Assembly: GCF_009914755.1 (NCBI RefSeq)
Contig: NC_060928.1
Length of the DNA stretch: 64,000 bases
Source of the DNA: the human T2T-CHM13v2.0 reference genome, Homo sapiens
Direction: 5' to 3' (one strand)
The position numbers were made by a program, and so were the translations under genes. The notes beneath the pieces are model-generated. The model was given only the letters and a program-made list of their open reading frames with translations, was not told the origin of the DNA and searched no databases. This document shows, piece by piece, positions 11,936 to 27,112 of the stretch; positions within the stretch are counted from its first letter, which is position 1, and each line of letters starts with the position of its first letter.

Positions 11936-13719
11936 AATGCAAAAAATGTGTATTGCATAAATGGTGCGTTTTGATGTGTTTAAGAATTTAATTCTATGGA
12001 AACAAAAAGGAAACAGTTCACACCCACCTGTATTTAGAGATGGCCTCAGACAGAAGCCGAGATGAAGCTCAGCCTTGAACATATAAATTGTTTGAAGAAA
12101 AAGTATCTTTAACTTTGTCCCAGTCATTTAAGCTCAACCCTGGTGATTCCAGAAATGAAAGAGTGCCCCTTCAAAGGGAGAGCTATGAAACCCCATAGCC
12201 TTGGTAAAAACACATCAAATGAGATGTTAACGCCCCACATTGATCACACTCAGAAAGCCTGCCTGAAGATGTTTATCCTAATCCTCCAATCCAGACACTT
12301 CCTGAGATATGGTCAGGAGGGCTAATTACTCCAACACATAAAAAACGAAAATGCTCTCAACTCGAGCAGCCAGAGAGATCTACATTAGCAGCAACAGCAG
12401 TAAACCCTGACTCTGCCTCCCTGGTGAAAGAATAAAGAAATGTCGGACCAGTGACAGCAACATCCATAAAATCCAAATTGGATTCCTCCCTTGAAAATGA
12501 GCCACAGACTTCATCCCTCCCCCGATTGCTACGTATTAAGAAACATGTTTTAAAAAATTCCAACTGGGAGAAGAGATTTTCCTTGCTTTATTAGACTTTA
12601 AAATCGCCCTGGATTCAATCTGGCACCAGAAGTGAATCCACAACTGCTACAATGGGAATGGATGGAAAAACGAATGATGTGTTTAGGCTCCTATATCAAT
12701 CCATCAATTGAAAGATGGAAATAAGCATAAATGGATGTCTTCAATGGGAAAGTGAGAAAAGGATGCACATCTCATAGCTTAATAGACACTAAGATGAGCA
12801 ACTCCCAGGGTTGGAGCTTGCCCAAGCTCAGGGCTTTCGATAAACCAAAGAGGAACTGCCTATCGAGACACAAAACTGGACTGATTTCTTTATGCCCTTT
12901 AAATCATCAATGTGGGGACTAAGAAGAAGGAAGTTAGTCACACACTAGTAACCAAGCTCTCTAGATCCATCTGCAGGGAAGTTCTTGGACAATTTTATTG
13001 ATAGTATGATAGCGTAATGATTGATAATAACACAATATAGAAAACAACATGCCTGGTTGATCATTAGAATGTGAATAATGAAGAATAAATAATTGCCATG
13101 TACTTACATCAATTAACTTATTTTTCTGATTCCAGAAGTACAAACATATCTAGGTCTTGAAAGAGCACACACTATTTTAGAAAAGGAAAATATAAATACA
13201 GATTATAAAAATTTTCTTACAATCTTCTTAATCTTTTGAATGAGCAGAACCTCGATATTTCTGAGAGAGGCCTCCAAGGTCTTTCTCTGAACCAAGAATA
13301 TGACTAGAGCACATAAAGCTGCCCAATTCTTTTGAACCTAATGGAATAACTCTGACATGCAGTATTTTAAATTCGAAGTTGCACAAGATCTGCGTGAAAC
13401 CACCATAAAACAGATGATGTTGTCACTGGGGTGCCAGCCAAAGTTTGGACCACAGCTTCTTATTCGTGGTCCTTAAAGGCCTGTCGTTTGAAGAAGAGTT
13501 AATAACATCAGCTTTAATTGTAAAGGCAAATGGTCACAAAGTAAAATAATTATTAGATCCTTAGCTTCTTAACATTATTTCTTTCTGGATAATGTTTTCA
13601 CTAAGACCATATTATTCTAATATAGGTCTGATTTGTTTTTATTGAACCCTTACTTTCCAACCTTTACTCCTTTACCTCAATGAGTCTTTTAATTCTAAGA
13701 GGAAACACTCCAGAAGCAA

Positions 13720-14470
13720 CATGAATTCAGTTAAAAAGTACTGAGCCTCTGCTACCTCTCAGACAGTGTAAGGTATGGCAGGCAATGTCCTCATTCTTGC
13801 GGAAGTGATGGTCTAGTGGGGAAGAGTGAGGCCTTAAACAAATAAATGAACAAGAAAAACTTCACACAGCGATGTGTTCAGCTGAAACACAGAATACATG
13901 ACATGTTAGAAAATGAACAAATGGCTGTTTTTATGAATGGTCAAAGAAGCCACCTCTAGAAAGTTAATATTGAGATCTAAATTACCAAGTAGATGGAACC
14001 ATCTTTAAAGGAAGGATAAAAGCATTTAAGGCCGAAAAATGTACTTTGAGCAAATGCAAAGACTAATAGGAAGGATGAGCTTTGGCTCCCTCAAAAAAAT
14101 AAACAAACGCCAGTGTGCACAAAAATTCAGAAAGGAGAGAATGGTGTAAGAGGAACTCAAGGATTTAGACATAGGCTGGATTTTTCAGGGTTTTGCAAAT
14201 CTGAGTAACAAGATGGGGTTACACTGGGTGAAAGAAGAGGCCATTGGAGAATTTTACCCAGAGAAATTACATGCTCTGGCTCAGAATTTTGAAAGATCAC
14301 TCTTGCTTCCATGTTGTGAATTGACTGCATAGGGGCAAATGTAGGTTAAAGCATCAATTGCAAGGATCCAGGAAAGAGATAACAGAGACTTGGCCTAGGC
14401 CAAAATTGGTGGCGTTGGTGACAAGCAGGCATATGCAGGAGATATTCTAAAGGAATAATGCAGGAATTTT
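13720..14470 (-). mobile_element. L2 LINE relic
   Basis: 'gtctagtggggaaga', 'ggccattggagaatttta', 'ttttgaaagatcactcttgct', 'tccaggaaagagat' antisense L2 motifs. Confidence 0.75.
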
Positions 14471-14479
14471 ACACTATCT

Positions 14480-14925
14480 AAAGCAATTCTTAAAATCTTA
14501 AATGTTAAGTCAAATTTTACCTGTGATACATAGGGGTTCAACTTTTGAAATTTATCTAAATTGGGCTAGTACAGAAAGATATATGTATGTACAAAAATAT
14601 TCATCACTTTCAAGGTTAAAAAAAAAAAAACCTAAGAAATCAAATGGGGAATTTTGAGATACTCATCAATGGGAAGCTATTTAGATAAGTTATAAGTAAA
14701 ATATTATAATATTATTAGAGATGGCGTGAATTTATATTTACTGACAAGAAAATATGTCAATGGCATGTTGTTAGGTAAAAAAGTAGATTAAATAACATTA
14801 TGTATACTGTTAAAAAGAAATTTGAATATATACTGATATGGGGTATGTACAGAGAGAAATGTGGAAGGAAATGCACAAAACTATTAATGTATATCATTTT
14901 AAAATATCAACAATAAATATATTGT
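14480..14925 (+). mobile_element. L1ME-type 3' fragment
   Basis: 'gtacaaaaatattcatca', 'ctcatcaatgggaag', 'aaatgtggaaggaaatgcacaaaactattaat' resemble old L1 3' ends. Confidence 0.45.
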
Positions 14926-16199
14926 CATTGGGGAGAAATAGATATTCAGAACTTAAACTAAGACATTTACTACTCATGACATCCCTAGAATTATTTGTGC
15001 AGACTTGTGGATATTAAGGTGTCAGTCTTTTGTCAATTTAAGTTTCCTAACTGTCCACATCTCTGCTAAGTCATTAATTTGTCAGCTTACATAAATGCCC
15101 TGAAGATCATGCTTTAAAAGCAAAAGTATCAACAATGCCCCCATAAGACTCTGATTATTTTTAATGATAGCAATTGAACACTAAATTTTAATTTCTTCAG
15201 TACAACTTTTTTAAACCAATGAATATTTCATAAAATAGAGGCACAAAAATTGTAATATTTGGACAGTTGGATTTTTGTTCAGCAGCCTACACCATAACTG
15301 AAATTTCTCTCAAACATTGTCAAATTACACTAAAAGCCTCCTGGCCACAAATGGTTATGTTGTTCAAAGCTTTACTTCATATCGACATAAATACAGAATA
15401 AGAAATTTTAGTTATTTAAGTTTTAAGATAAAGATATCCGTGACACTTTACAAAAGTCCTACGGTAACTATTGTCCATAGTATAACAAGTTATTTTCTTA
15501 GAGGGCTTCCATTAACTCATTAATATATTATTTCTCTTTCTTCCCTCTACCTTTTTCCGAAGACAGTGTAATTTTGATTTTTAAAAAGATAAAATAGGAT
15601 ATCTAAAATAACAATAATAATAATAATTTCCCCTTTGTGGGCATACCTCCCAGATCTTTAGAACTAGGGTTCATGTTCTCTGGGTTAAGGGAATTGGTAT
15701 GAAAATTGAGAAGCTCTTCTGGGATGCATTGTACCTGATGTCTGAAAAGATGAGCGAACACCACCAAGCAGAGGTATGGCATGGAACAGGGGCAGAAAAG
15801 GAAGGGGGACACTCAAATGGAACAGTAACCCAACTAAAGACAGAGTGCTGAGAAACAGCGTGGAGCCTGCAGGAAATACAGACACCCAAGGGCACCCGAA
15901 GCAAAGTGCAGACTAAAAGATGGGTGGGACAAAGCTAGGCAGGGTGTTACAAATTGTTCCCAAGGCTAGGCAAGGTTCCTTTGAAACATTAAAGGATCTC
16001 AGTTTCTTCTTACGGTTTCTTCAGCCCCACACCGAGGAGCTCCACTTTGCCTGACGTTGCTTGCTATGCTTAAAACTGGACCAGAAAATCTTCTAACTGG
16101 GGATCAAATGCTCGGGTTTATGAATACATATTGCAGAGGCCATTTACTACCTAAAGATTAATGGAATAGTAACTAACACGTGTTGCTCTTAGAGACTTA

Positions 16200-17045
16200 G
16201 TCTCAGTCTCAGACCCAGGCAAGAGGGGCCCTGCCCTTAGCTCCAAACTTTAGGGACCTCGTCTCTGGCTGCCTTTGGCTATATTATCCTTCACAGAGTA
16301 AGGCATACACAGGGCCTACTGGGCATGACCACACAGGACCTAGGTATCTCTAGCCTCACCTCAAAAATGCACAGATACCTCAAATCCTAGAATCTTCGGC
16401 CCAGTGGTCCCAAGCCCTTGTTTCAAGTTCCCTGTTTGCCTTTATTAACAGGTATCCAAAAGACAGCTATTTTCAAGAGAGTGGGCTGGATAGCATCAGT
16501 GTGTATAAAGCTTAGCAGTGTTTCTGGGTTGTCAACGCATAAACATGCTTAGCTGTATACGATGGAGTTAGGGATGGGAAAAGAAGGGACAGACTCTATC
16601 TGGGGCTGAAGGATGTTACTGAAAGCCAGTCGTGGAAGAAGGTCAGTTATAGTGTAAAATTTTCAGGAATCCAAGCCCTGTAAATTTGAACCTAGCCTTA
16701 TAGGTCATTAAGGAAAGAAGATGAATTCAGTGATGTGCTAAAGCCAGTTCATAGATGAATTCAATGATGTGCTAAAGCCAGTTCCACTAAACTTCATGTT
16801 TAGTGGAATCATGTCAGTTGCTTGAAATTAGCCATGGAGAGAATATTGGTACCACAGAAATCAGCAAATACTGCCAATCAGTGTCTCCCCTGTTTCTCCT
16901 TCAAAGACCCAATTATTAAACATTTTTATAATGCCACTTGGTAAAGTAGATTTTATTTAATGGCTTGTAGTTTAATTTATAACTTTTATACCTTTAGATA
17001 TGTGGTATGTAGGCCTCCATTCGTACTCAGCAAATGTTTGGGGAA
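16200..17045. mobile_element. Ancient hAT-like non-autonomous DNA transposon, split by MER63
   Basis: 'aaatttgaacctagccttataggtcatta' (to ~16710) continues as 'ttttatttaa...ataactttta...tggtatgtaggcctccattcgtactc' after 16945, as in a recalled hAT MITE consensus; family uncertain. Confidence 0.45.
16728..16940 (+). mobile_element. MER63-like hAT-Blackjack MITE
   Basis: Begins CAGTGATGTGCT; internal 'gcttgaaattagccatgg...accacagaaatcagcaaa'; ends 'ttaaacattt...gccacttg'. Confidence 0.7.
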
Positions 17046-17269
17046 AGATTACCATGGGTATGTCTGGGTGATTGCATAGCTGTATAAATTTACTAGAAGA
17101 TGTATGGTCATCTCTTACTGGACAGACAAAGGGTGAACACTTTGTCCACGTACTGCACAGGGGTCCTAAATGTCTGTAATAGGACTCGCCCTCCATTTCT
17201 TTTATTCTTATAATTTAACAACAGAGGGATGTTGGAAGGGTGCCAGGATATGTTATCTTTATTTTTTTG

Positions 17270-17580
17270 TTGTTGTTGTTAAAGGGGGATGTATTTATTA
17301 ATATTTAACATGTTGGCAATTAAATCTGAAAAATTTGGAATGCAAGGATGCATAGCCATACATTCCAATAGCCATTAGATCATATATGACCCATTAACCA
17401 TTATCCTATGATGTTATGACAATTCATGTCTCTGAAAAAGTCCACGGTACGGCTCTCAGAGAAAGAGAGTGAAAATGGCAAATAACATTTTTGTATTATT
17501 TGACCTCTTAGATCCCCCAGCATAGATCTTGAACTCCAGGGATACTCAGATAACAATTTAGAACCACCATTTGAAACCAC
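17270..17580. mobile_element. hAT-Charlie fragment (Charlie4-like)
   Basis: 'gagagtgaaaatggcaaataac...tttgacctc...tttagaaccac' resembles a Charlie terminus. Confidence 0.5.
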
Positions 17581-18269
17581 ATACATGGTACATGAATGTC
17601 AAATGATAAATGAGCCCTTCGTGATGAAATGGCCTTTAAAGTTTCACTCCTGTGTTTTTTCTTTTTGCTTTCACTTGTCTTAAAATGTTTAAATCCAATA
17701 ATTTTGTTTATAAAGAAAACAGGAAAATATTTTTGTTATATATTTGTGTTCTGTCTCATGGCACTGTGTACTCTTTGAATCTATTGTGGACTTAAATCTA
17801 TCTTATTTTTACATGAAAACAATTAGGTCCCTAAAGGCCATCATTTTTTCTGTAAGTTTCTGATGTTTGTCCAAGGTTTCACAAGTGAATTCTGAAGATA
17901 TTGTGCTTTGAGGAATGACCATCAGGATATGTTATCTTTATAGGAAGAATAATTAGACTTTGTTTTTATAGGCTTTAGATTTCCCCCTTAAAAACATGAA
18001 AAGAAGGTGCCCTTTTAAGCTTCCTAGACCTCACAGGTAACGAGGGCCAGATTATAAGATTAGAAGGGATATGGTGCACTATGATAAGAGCTTTTTCAGA
18101 AGGTGCATTCTAGAATCTCCTTATATAAATCTAGGCCTCTCTCAGGCCACAGTCTTTGACTCATGCTTCTAATTTGGGTCCTAGGCAAGGGTTTTTCCAT
18201 TAATTTCTTGAAACTCAGGTGTAACTTAATCTAGGATAAACTGCCTAAGTCATTTTTCCACATTTTAAA

Positions 18270-18435
18270 ACACATAAAAATGCCTGTGAAAGTAATTGAA
18301 AATGATGATTCTCTTTCCTCAGTCTCAGAGATTCTGATTCAGCAGATCTTGGATGGGGTCCAGAAATTTAAATTTTTAGTCAACTTCCTAGTTGTTTCTG
18401 GCCAACATAGTCCATGGATGGTACTTTCAAGATAT
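18270..18435. mobile_element. MER5-like hAT-Charlie MITE
   Basis: 'cagagattctgattcagcagatcttggatggggtccagaaatt'. Confidence 0.6.
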
Positions 18436-18559
18436 TAACTCATATTTGGAACCATTTGTCTAATATTAATTTCTTAGAAATCCTCTCAGCTATTTGGTAT
18501 CATAGACATGAATGGACCTTATTTGGTATGTTTTGGCCAACTCACACCATCACCATGAG

Positions 18560-18869
18560 GGTTATGGGCTAAATTGTGTCCTCCTAAAATTCAGTGGGAC
18601 TATATTTGAAGATAGGGCCTGTAAGGAGGTAATTAAGTTTAAATGGGCCATTCTTATAAGAAAAGGAAAGATACACCTGCAATGTGGTCACACAGAGGAA
18701 GTACTATGTGAGGACATAGCAAGCCAAAAATAGAGGCATCACCAGAAACCGACTCCGCCAACATCTTGAGGTGGGCTTTCAGCCTCCAGAACTGTGAGAA
18801 AATTAATTTCTGTTGTTTAAGCCACTGGTGTATGGTATTCTGTTATAAGGGTCCTTGTAGACTAACACA
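18560..18869 (+). mobile_element. MaLR solo LTR (MLT1A/B-like)
   Basis: 'gttatgggctaaattgtgtcc...cagcctccagaactgtgagaaaattaatttctgttgtttaagcc...actaacaCA'. Confidence 0.85.
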
Positions 18870-20290
18870 ACAGGCTAAAACATTTTTAAAAGAAGTTCCA
18901 AGTGATAGATGAAGTCAATGTGATATTTCTTAACATGATGAAAATATTTCTGCTGGAAGCTGGATTCCACCATTATAAGAAGGTCAATGTTTAATTGCAT
19001 AAGGCTTTGACAAGAAAAGTATTTACATTGGCCAAACCAAGTGCTCTGATTTTTTTGGCTCTTAAATTGGCATTATCAAAGATTAACTCTCTGACTTTTT
19101 TTCTTTGCTATAGTGCCATTATTCTTCTGGTGAACTCCTTATTTCTTTAGCTTTGTTTGTTTTGTTTTGTTTTTACCTAAAGCAATTGACATGTTTACAG
19201 TTTGGTCTTACCACAGATCCACTTTATTTTTCTAAGATGAGTTGGCATGTCTCTATTCAAATACACTCTAGCTGCATAGTTCAATTTGCAGAGAAAGATC
19301 TGCAAGGCAAGATCTCAAAGTGAGAAAAGAGGCTACTGTATATCCTTCAAAGTTAATTTCCTCCCATTTGGGGTTTTAATAGTAGATGAAATAATTGGAA
19401 ATTTCAAAGAAGAATGAACGATGCCACAAACTCTCTTTCTTAGGAAAATTGGTGGCAGGTAAAGAAAGTATTTTCTCTCAGTCTGCAGAAGAGTTGATTA
19501 AGAGGGAAGTTTCTTCTCATGACCACAATGGATAACCCAGTATCTATGCTCATTAAAATAGACGTACTGACATCTATAAGATGTGGTTCAATGTCTTCTT
19601 CTTCTGAATTCAGATTATTTTTTCCCTAGTCACTTTTTAATAGTAAGTATCTATTATAAATAAGTTAGTTTTAAGTAAGCTATTTCTAAAAGCCCAAGGA
19701 AATGTATTTTTCACATTTCTTTTTATTTGCTGTGGTAAAAAAGGAAAGCTCTGTCTCAGTCACCATGATTATTAAGTCATTTCTCCACAGGTTTCCAGGG
19801 ACCCTCTGCTAACTAATTTCCATTTTCAGTTGCTGATGACTATGTTCACTCAACTAGAGTGATGGAGTTTCTTTTCACTGGTTTTAAAATAGGGTCTTTT
19901 ATGGGAGGTTTCTGCATATCACTGCTGAAGGTGCAGTATGCCATTTGTTTTTGTTAAAAGTTTTATTCAAGTCATACATGACTGAGGACGGCTAGATGGG
20001 GAGTTCTGCGCTGAATTCCCTGAGTTTATTACTGAAGAAATTTAGTCTTCAAGTATCATATGGAGTGGAGAAAAAAATGATTATTAATAAACATTGTTTC
20101 TATTTGCAAGTACCTTACAACAGGCACCTTGTAATATTATTTCTATTTTCCAGATGAATACACTGAGGACCCAAATGTCAAGCACATTAACTTTGGGATA
20201 CAGTAGCATTAAGAGGATAATTCACTAACTTCCACTTTAGGAAATGAAGAAGATAGCAGGCTTTAATTTTAAATCTATCTTAAATAAATC

Positions 20291-20397
20291 TGGGGTGATC
20301 AAGTAGTCCTAGTTTTCCCAAGACTTTCCATTTTAGCACTAGAATTCTTATTTCCTTTTGGTCTTACATGAACCAGAAGACTGGGATCGCTCACCAA
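20291..20397. mobile_element. MER81-like hAT-Blackjack MITE inside a MIR relic
   Basis: Terminal inverted-repeat-like ends 'ggggtgatc'...'gctcacc'; internal 'ttttagcact'. Confidence 0.5.
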
Positions 20398-20476
20398 ATC
20401 CTAGGCTCTTTCACAGTACCACATTATGGATTCATGCAATGGCTGTATCTATAGATTTGCTAAATCAAATGTTTTA

Positions 20477-20765
<289 letters not shown>

Positions 20766-21054
20766 TTGTTTTAGAGGAAAATATTAGTATGAAATGCATA
20801 ATATTTTTAAATATTACACATTTTTCTTTGTTTGAGTATACATTATGGTTTTTCATATAGTCAGTCAATTAAGCCATTCCATGTAAATTACTGTCCAGAC
20901 AGAGTGTACAACAGGAAATAAGGAGTCGTTTCCTTGTCTGTTTCAAATGATTAGTTCCTCTAAGAAATGGGAAGGTCTTTAATAAGGACAATAAATTTGG
21001 TAGCCCACATGATGATGTATATATAAGAAATTTCATCACTGAAAATGATGACAA

Positions 21055-21271
21055 TAATAGCGATAACAGCTAAAATATGTTGGGCACTTACAATGTCTTC
21101 GACCCTTTTCACAATTTCCTTTTGAGTTGTTGTACTCTATTTTACAAATGGGAAAACTAAGGCACAGAGAGCCTGAGTACATTTTCCAAGGTCACGCATA
21201 AGTAGATCCAGCGTTCAGCCTTGGGCAATCTGGTTTCAGACCCTTGTTCTCTTAAGCATCATGTTATGCTG
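21055..21271 (-). mobile_element. MIR relic
   Basis: 'ctattttacaaatgggaaaactaaggcacagaga...ccaaggtcacgca'. Confidence 0.75.
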
Positions 21272-21649
21272 AATAGAAATAATAACATTCACTGTAGAGA
21301 AGAGGGCGAATCGGAGAAGGAGGAATAAGGAATTTGATGCTATCAGTTCCTTGAGAGGAGGTTCAATAACTACTCAATCATTCAGGGGCTAAGCCCTAAA
21401 AAGAGAAAGTGAGAATATCAAGGTATGCTTAGAGCAAATCTGAGACAAGAGTAGATTTGAGCCCCATTCCCAAGAAAGGACAAGATCCCAGAGTAGAAAT
21501 CACTTTGTGGTTAGGCTAAGGGCTCACTCCTGAGATAACAGAGATCAATTAGTGTTTAATTCAGCTGTCTATAACAAAACTTCAAAATAATGGAGGCTCA
21601 CAATCCCTGCACCCTCTTCCCCAGGTTGCTCTAGAAATAAGCTGCTGCA

Positions 21650-22530
<881 letters not shown>

Positions 22531-22547
22531 CAAGGCAATAGCGTGAA

Positions 22548-22910
22548 TTGAAACAAATGAGTTTATTTTTTGCTCAAAAAGTCCAGTTACAATAACTCTG
22601 TAATTGTCAGGTAACAAGGTTGTCTCCATGTTTCTCAGGCTCTAAAATGGCTGTGTGAGCCATTTCATTCTTATTTAAAAGCAGGAAGGAGATAAAACAG
22701 AAGGGCAAAAGAACATGCCTCGTTGCAACATTCCTGCTTCATAACTTCTGTGTACATCTCAATGGCCAGGATTTAGTCACATTGCCACATTTGGCTGAAA
22801 GGATACAAAGAAGTAGTCTTTTATTAGGCACCTTGCTACCCTTAAACGAAATAATTTTTTTTTTCATTTAAACTAAAATAAGGAGAGAATGGATATTGTG
22901 CTTTCAACAC
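22548..22910 (-). mobile_element. Old MLT1 (K/L-like) LTR, main piece; other piece at ~21545-21600
   Basis: 'atctcaatggccaggatttagtcacattgccaca...ggagagaatggatattg' antisense MLT1 motif. Confidence 0.65.
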
Positions 22911-23559
22911 ACATACTTTCAACAAGAAGTATGTAGTAGCAGTATGCAGTGGGCAAAATCAGTAATTGAAGGAATCTTTTGGTTCAAGAGTGGCAGAAAA
23001 CTTGAAGGGACTCACTGTTCTGAAGAGACACAGTTTTGAAGAAACAGCATGACCTAGTAATAGCAGAGGGATTCCTGAATGCCAGATGGACCCAAATTAG
23101 CTAAAAATATTCAGACACAAAAGACCCTGAGGCCAAAAGGGAGGTACAACATAGCAGCAATCTGCATGACAGATGAAAATAAGCACATTTAGAAATGATC
23201 TTCCTAATGTGTGATACTACAGTTTCTCCTCATCAAATATCTTTTAAGTCTCTGAGAACTGGATATAATCTTAGAGACGGATACAGACGCCCTCCCTGGG
23301 CTGAAATTAACTTATTCCACCACAACAGGATGGGATGGAGAGACTCACTTAATGTAGACTGAGATTCATAAAAATTACATTTTTAAGTAAAAAGAGGGAT
23401 AGATTATTCATTACGCATATCTTGTTAGTAACGAGATTGTGCTTAGAGCCCAGTGAATATTTTTATGGTACCCTTTGATACCATTTGATTCTATCCCAAC
23501 CTCTGTGGACTCTGGTGGATCTTAGACTCTAAAAAAGAAGTTATTTTCTTGAATTCAAC

Positions 23560-23808
23560 TGTACTAGTGTCCAAGGGCTGCCATAACAAGGCACCACAGA
23601 CTGGATTGTTTGAACAACAACAGTTTATTTCCTTCCTAATCTCCTCTTCTTACAAGAACACCAGTCATATTGGATTAGGGCCCACTTGAGTGACCTCATT
23701 TTAATTACCTTTTCAAAGGTCCTGTCTCCAACTACAGTCAAATGCTAAGATACGGCTGGTTAGAATTTCAACATATGAGTTTTGGAAGGTAAAGTTCAGT
23801 CCACAACA
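23560..23808 (-). mobile_element. MLT1A/B-like LTR, internally deleted
   Basis: 'tgtactagt...gctgccataacaa...ccacagactgg' joined to 'ctcttcttacaagaacaccagtcatattggattagggccca...tcagtccacaaca'. Confidence 0.8.
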
Positions 23809-23921
23809 TCAGCTTTGCACAAAAATGATCCTGCACCTAGTTTACTATTGGGTGGTACATCAGGACCATGAAAGCCCCAGGGTTATTATTGTCATTAAGA
23901 ATTATTGATCTAGCACCTTCT

Positions 23922-24223
23922 GGTTTTTTTTTTTTTTTTTGGATAGATGGAGTCTCACTCTGTTGCCCAGGCTGGAGCAGTGGCATGATCTTGGCTCACT
24001 GCAACCTCCACCTCCCAGGTTCACACCATTCTCCTGCCTCAGCCTCCCGAGTATCTGGGACTATTGGTGCACACCACCATGCCCTGCTAATTTTTTCTAT
24101 TTTTAGTAGAGAAGGGGGTTTCACTGTGTTAGCAAGGCTGGTCTTGATCTCTGGACCTCATGATTTGCCTGCCTCGGCCTCCCGAAGTGCTGGGATTACA
24201 AGAGTAAGCCACTACATCAGGTC
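23922..24223 (-). mobile_element. Alu (Sc8/early Y-like), antisense
   Basis: Poly-T followed by antisense Alu; 16-bp TSD TGATCTAGCACCTTCT (23906-23921, 24224-24239). Confidence 0.97.
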
Positions 24224-24911
24224 TGATCTAGCACCTTCTATATGCCAGCCCTTCTGTTAGGAGTTTTAGGATCATAAGACCCAGCAATTTGCAGAGCTTC
24301 TCATGGACTAAAGTTTCGGGATGTAGAAATGAAATGCTGCACAAGGCAATCTCCTCTACTTGCTTTCTTATTGAAATTTATTCTTCTATAGAGCTGGAGA
24401 AAGGTCTAAATACTTAAATTATAGATGTGCCAGTGCTTTAAACATAGCAAGTATGTGATAAATATACATGGTGTGAGTGAATGTGAGAACCAAAAAATAC
24501 TGTGAAAATCCCTTGTGATGAAGTCTAGTTTATTGGGATAATAATTATTTATAAAGCTCTGTGGTATAACATGCCACATGTGCACTTTCAAAATTTGAAT
24601 CATACTATTGAGTAGTTATTTTTAGAATTTATATTAATGCTAATTGTATACACCCTCCATTATCTCCATGCATGTTCATTTTAGTCATGAACAAGCCTCC
24701 TGACACATCAGAGACTTGTGCATGACTTTGTCTAACATCACTATCATCCTTCTTGGTAGTATCTAAGGGCACAAAAATGATATTCCTTTGGAGTCTGCAA
24801 TGCTCACAAACTTCTATGTGCAGAATGCAGTTTTTGCCCAATTTATCTACAGGAAACTAGGGTAGGGCTTTCCTACTTTATCTATACACAAAAAAATATC
24901 AAAAATGATTC

Positions 24912-25276
24912 TGTATCAGTTAGGTTTATGTCAGGTTATGTTGCCAGAACAAAATAATCCAAAATCTCAGTGTCTAAAGAAAGCTTATTTCTTGCTTATA
25001 CTATATGACAACAGGCAGAAAAGATTTTCTCCCTGTAGTCATTCAAGGATCAGGGACAATACATGCTTTCCCGTGATATACAAGTCTACTAGTGGAATTT
25101 GGTGAAATGCATAAACTACACACTGAATGTTGGGGATTCTGCCAGGAAGTGACATATACCACTTCTGCTCATATTCCCTGGGTGAAAGCAAGTCATGTGA
25201 CCATGCTTAACTCTTACCATGTGCCTGGAAGGAAGAGAGAAATAAATATTTGGTGAACAGTGATAATGACTAACAT
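24912..25276 (-). mobile_element. Old MLT1 LTR
   Basis: 'tgtatcagttagg...aaaatctcagtg...ggaagtgaca...cttctgctcatatt...gcaagtcatgtgacc'. Confidence 0.7.
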
Positions 25277-25279
25277 ATT

Positions 25280-26020
25280 TAATTCATTCAATTCCTTACA
25301 CACGATTAAAGCTTGCCATGTATAAAGAAATGTTCCAGGGACTGAGGATATAGGAGTGAATAACATTTCTCTATCTTCATAAACCTTACATTCTGATGCT
25401 TATTTAGTATGTCATGAATATGCATGTGATGGAAAAATATCAAAGCAACAAAGGTGGGAAGAAATAGTCCGGCATAGAGTGATTGCAATTATATATAGGC
25501 TGCTTGGTAAAAGCTTTACAAAAATGTAAAATTTTAATCAACATGTGAAGTAGTTAAGAAGACAAGTCATATGGGTAACTTTTGGACAAGCATGCCAGGC
25601 AGAGGGAACAGAATTTGCAAAGATGCTAAGGCAGGAGTATACCCAGTATTCTTGCAGAACACTAAGATGAATGTGGCTGGAGTAGAGTGAGAAAGGGGAG
25701 AGAAGTAGAGAATGGGGTTACAGAGCTAACAGAGGAGAACATCATATAATATAGGCCTCTTCACATCATTAAAAAGACTATTATTATGAGTGAGACAGGA
25801 AGGTGTGTTTTAAAGAAAAAGTAACAAATTAACTTATATTTTAAAGGCTCAAGACCAGGGAAGAGGGCAAAAAAGAAGCAGAGAGACCATTTAAGATACT
25901 ATAATTCAAGTGAGAAAAGCTGGGGGAATAGACCAAGGCCCATGGATCAAGATGAGGACACTAGAAATAGCAAGAAGATGTCTGTTTTGAAAATTAGCCC
26001 GATAAGATTTGTCAATGGCT
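25280..26020 (-). mobile_element. L2 LINE relic
   Basis: 'ttcattcaa', 'ccaggcagagggaacag...gcaaag', 'gtggctggagtagagtgag'. Confidence 0.75.
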
Positions 26021-26531
26021 CAGCTTTCAAATAAAGATTTGAATTAAGCCTTGGTATGAAAAAATAAACTGTTGTACAGACCACTGGTATTGAGCTGTAG
26101 GTCCTTTTAAATTTATCTTTAGATCAGCTGCTATTATCTACTTATTTTTCACAACTCATTGCTAAATTCCTGAGGGAGTGCAAAACAAAGACAGTAGGAA
26201 AATCATGCAATTCTATTAATTCTAAAGATGTTTTGTTTCTGACTGAGAAAAGTAAAAACAGATACATTATATATTCTTGACATCTTAGGGCACCCTTTTA
26301 ATCTTGAGTGATATGTCCTGTATCACTAGTATATCCCAGGTAACTCATTTTGTAACAAATACTTGTGGTGCACTTACTTTGTACCAGAGACTGTGGTAGA
26401 CACTAACATAACAGGCACAAACCATCTGGACATTAACCAAGTAACTGCAAGTGCCATCCATGTTACCAAAGTCAATGTCAAGTCCTACGGGAGTCTACAA
26501 CGTAATTCAGGCAGTAAAAACAAATAAATGT

Positions 26532-27112
<581 letters not shown>

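Noticed and set aside
16719-16784. 32-bp direct repeats as a CRISPR-like array
   Set aside because: Only two copies with a 2-nt spacer in a primate genome; a simple tandem duplication
23868-24260. 130-aa ORF and similar ORFs at 21666, 21821, 26623, 42522, 44976, 45042 and 47849
   Set aside because: Translations of Alu sequence (e.g. '[16 protein letters not shown]', '[10 protein letters not shown]')
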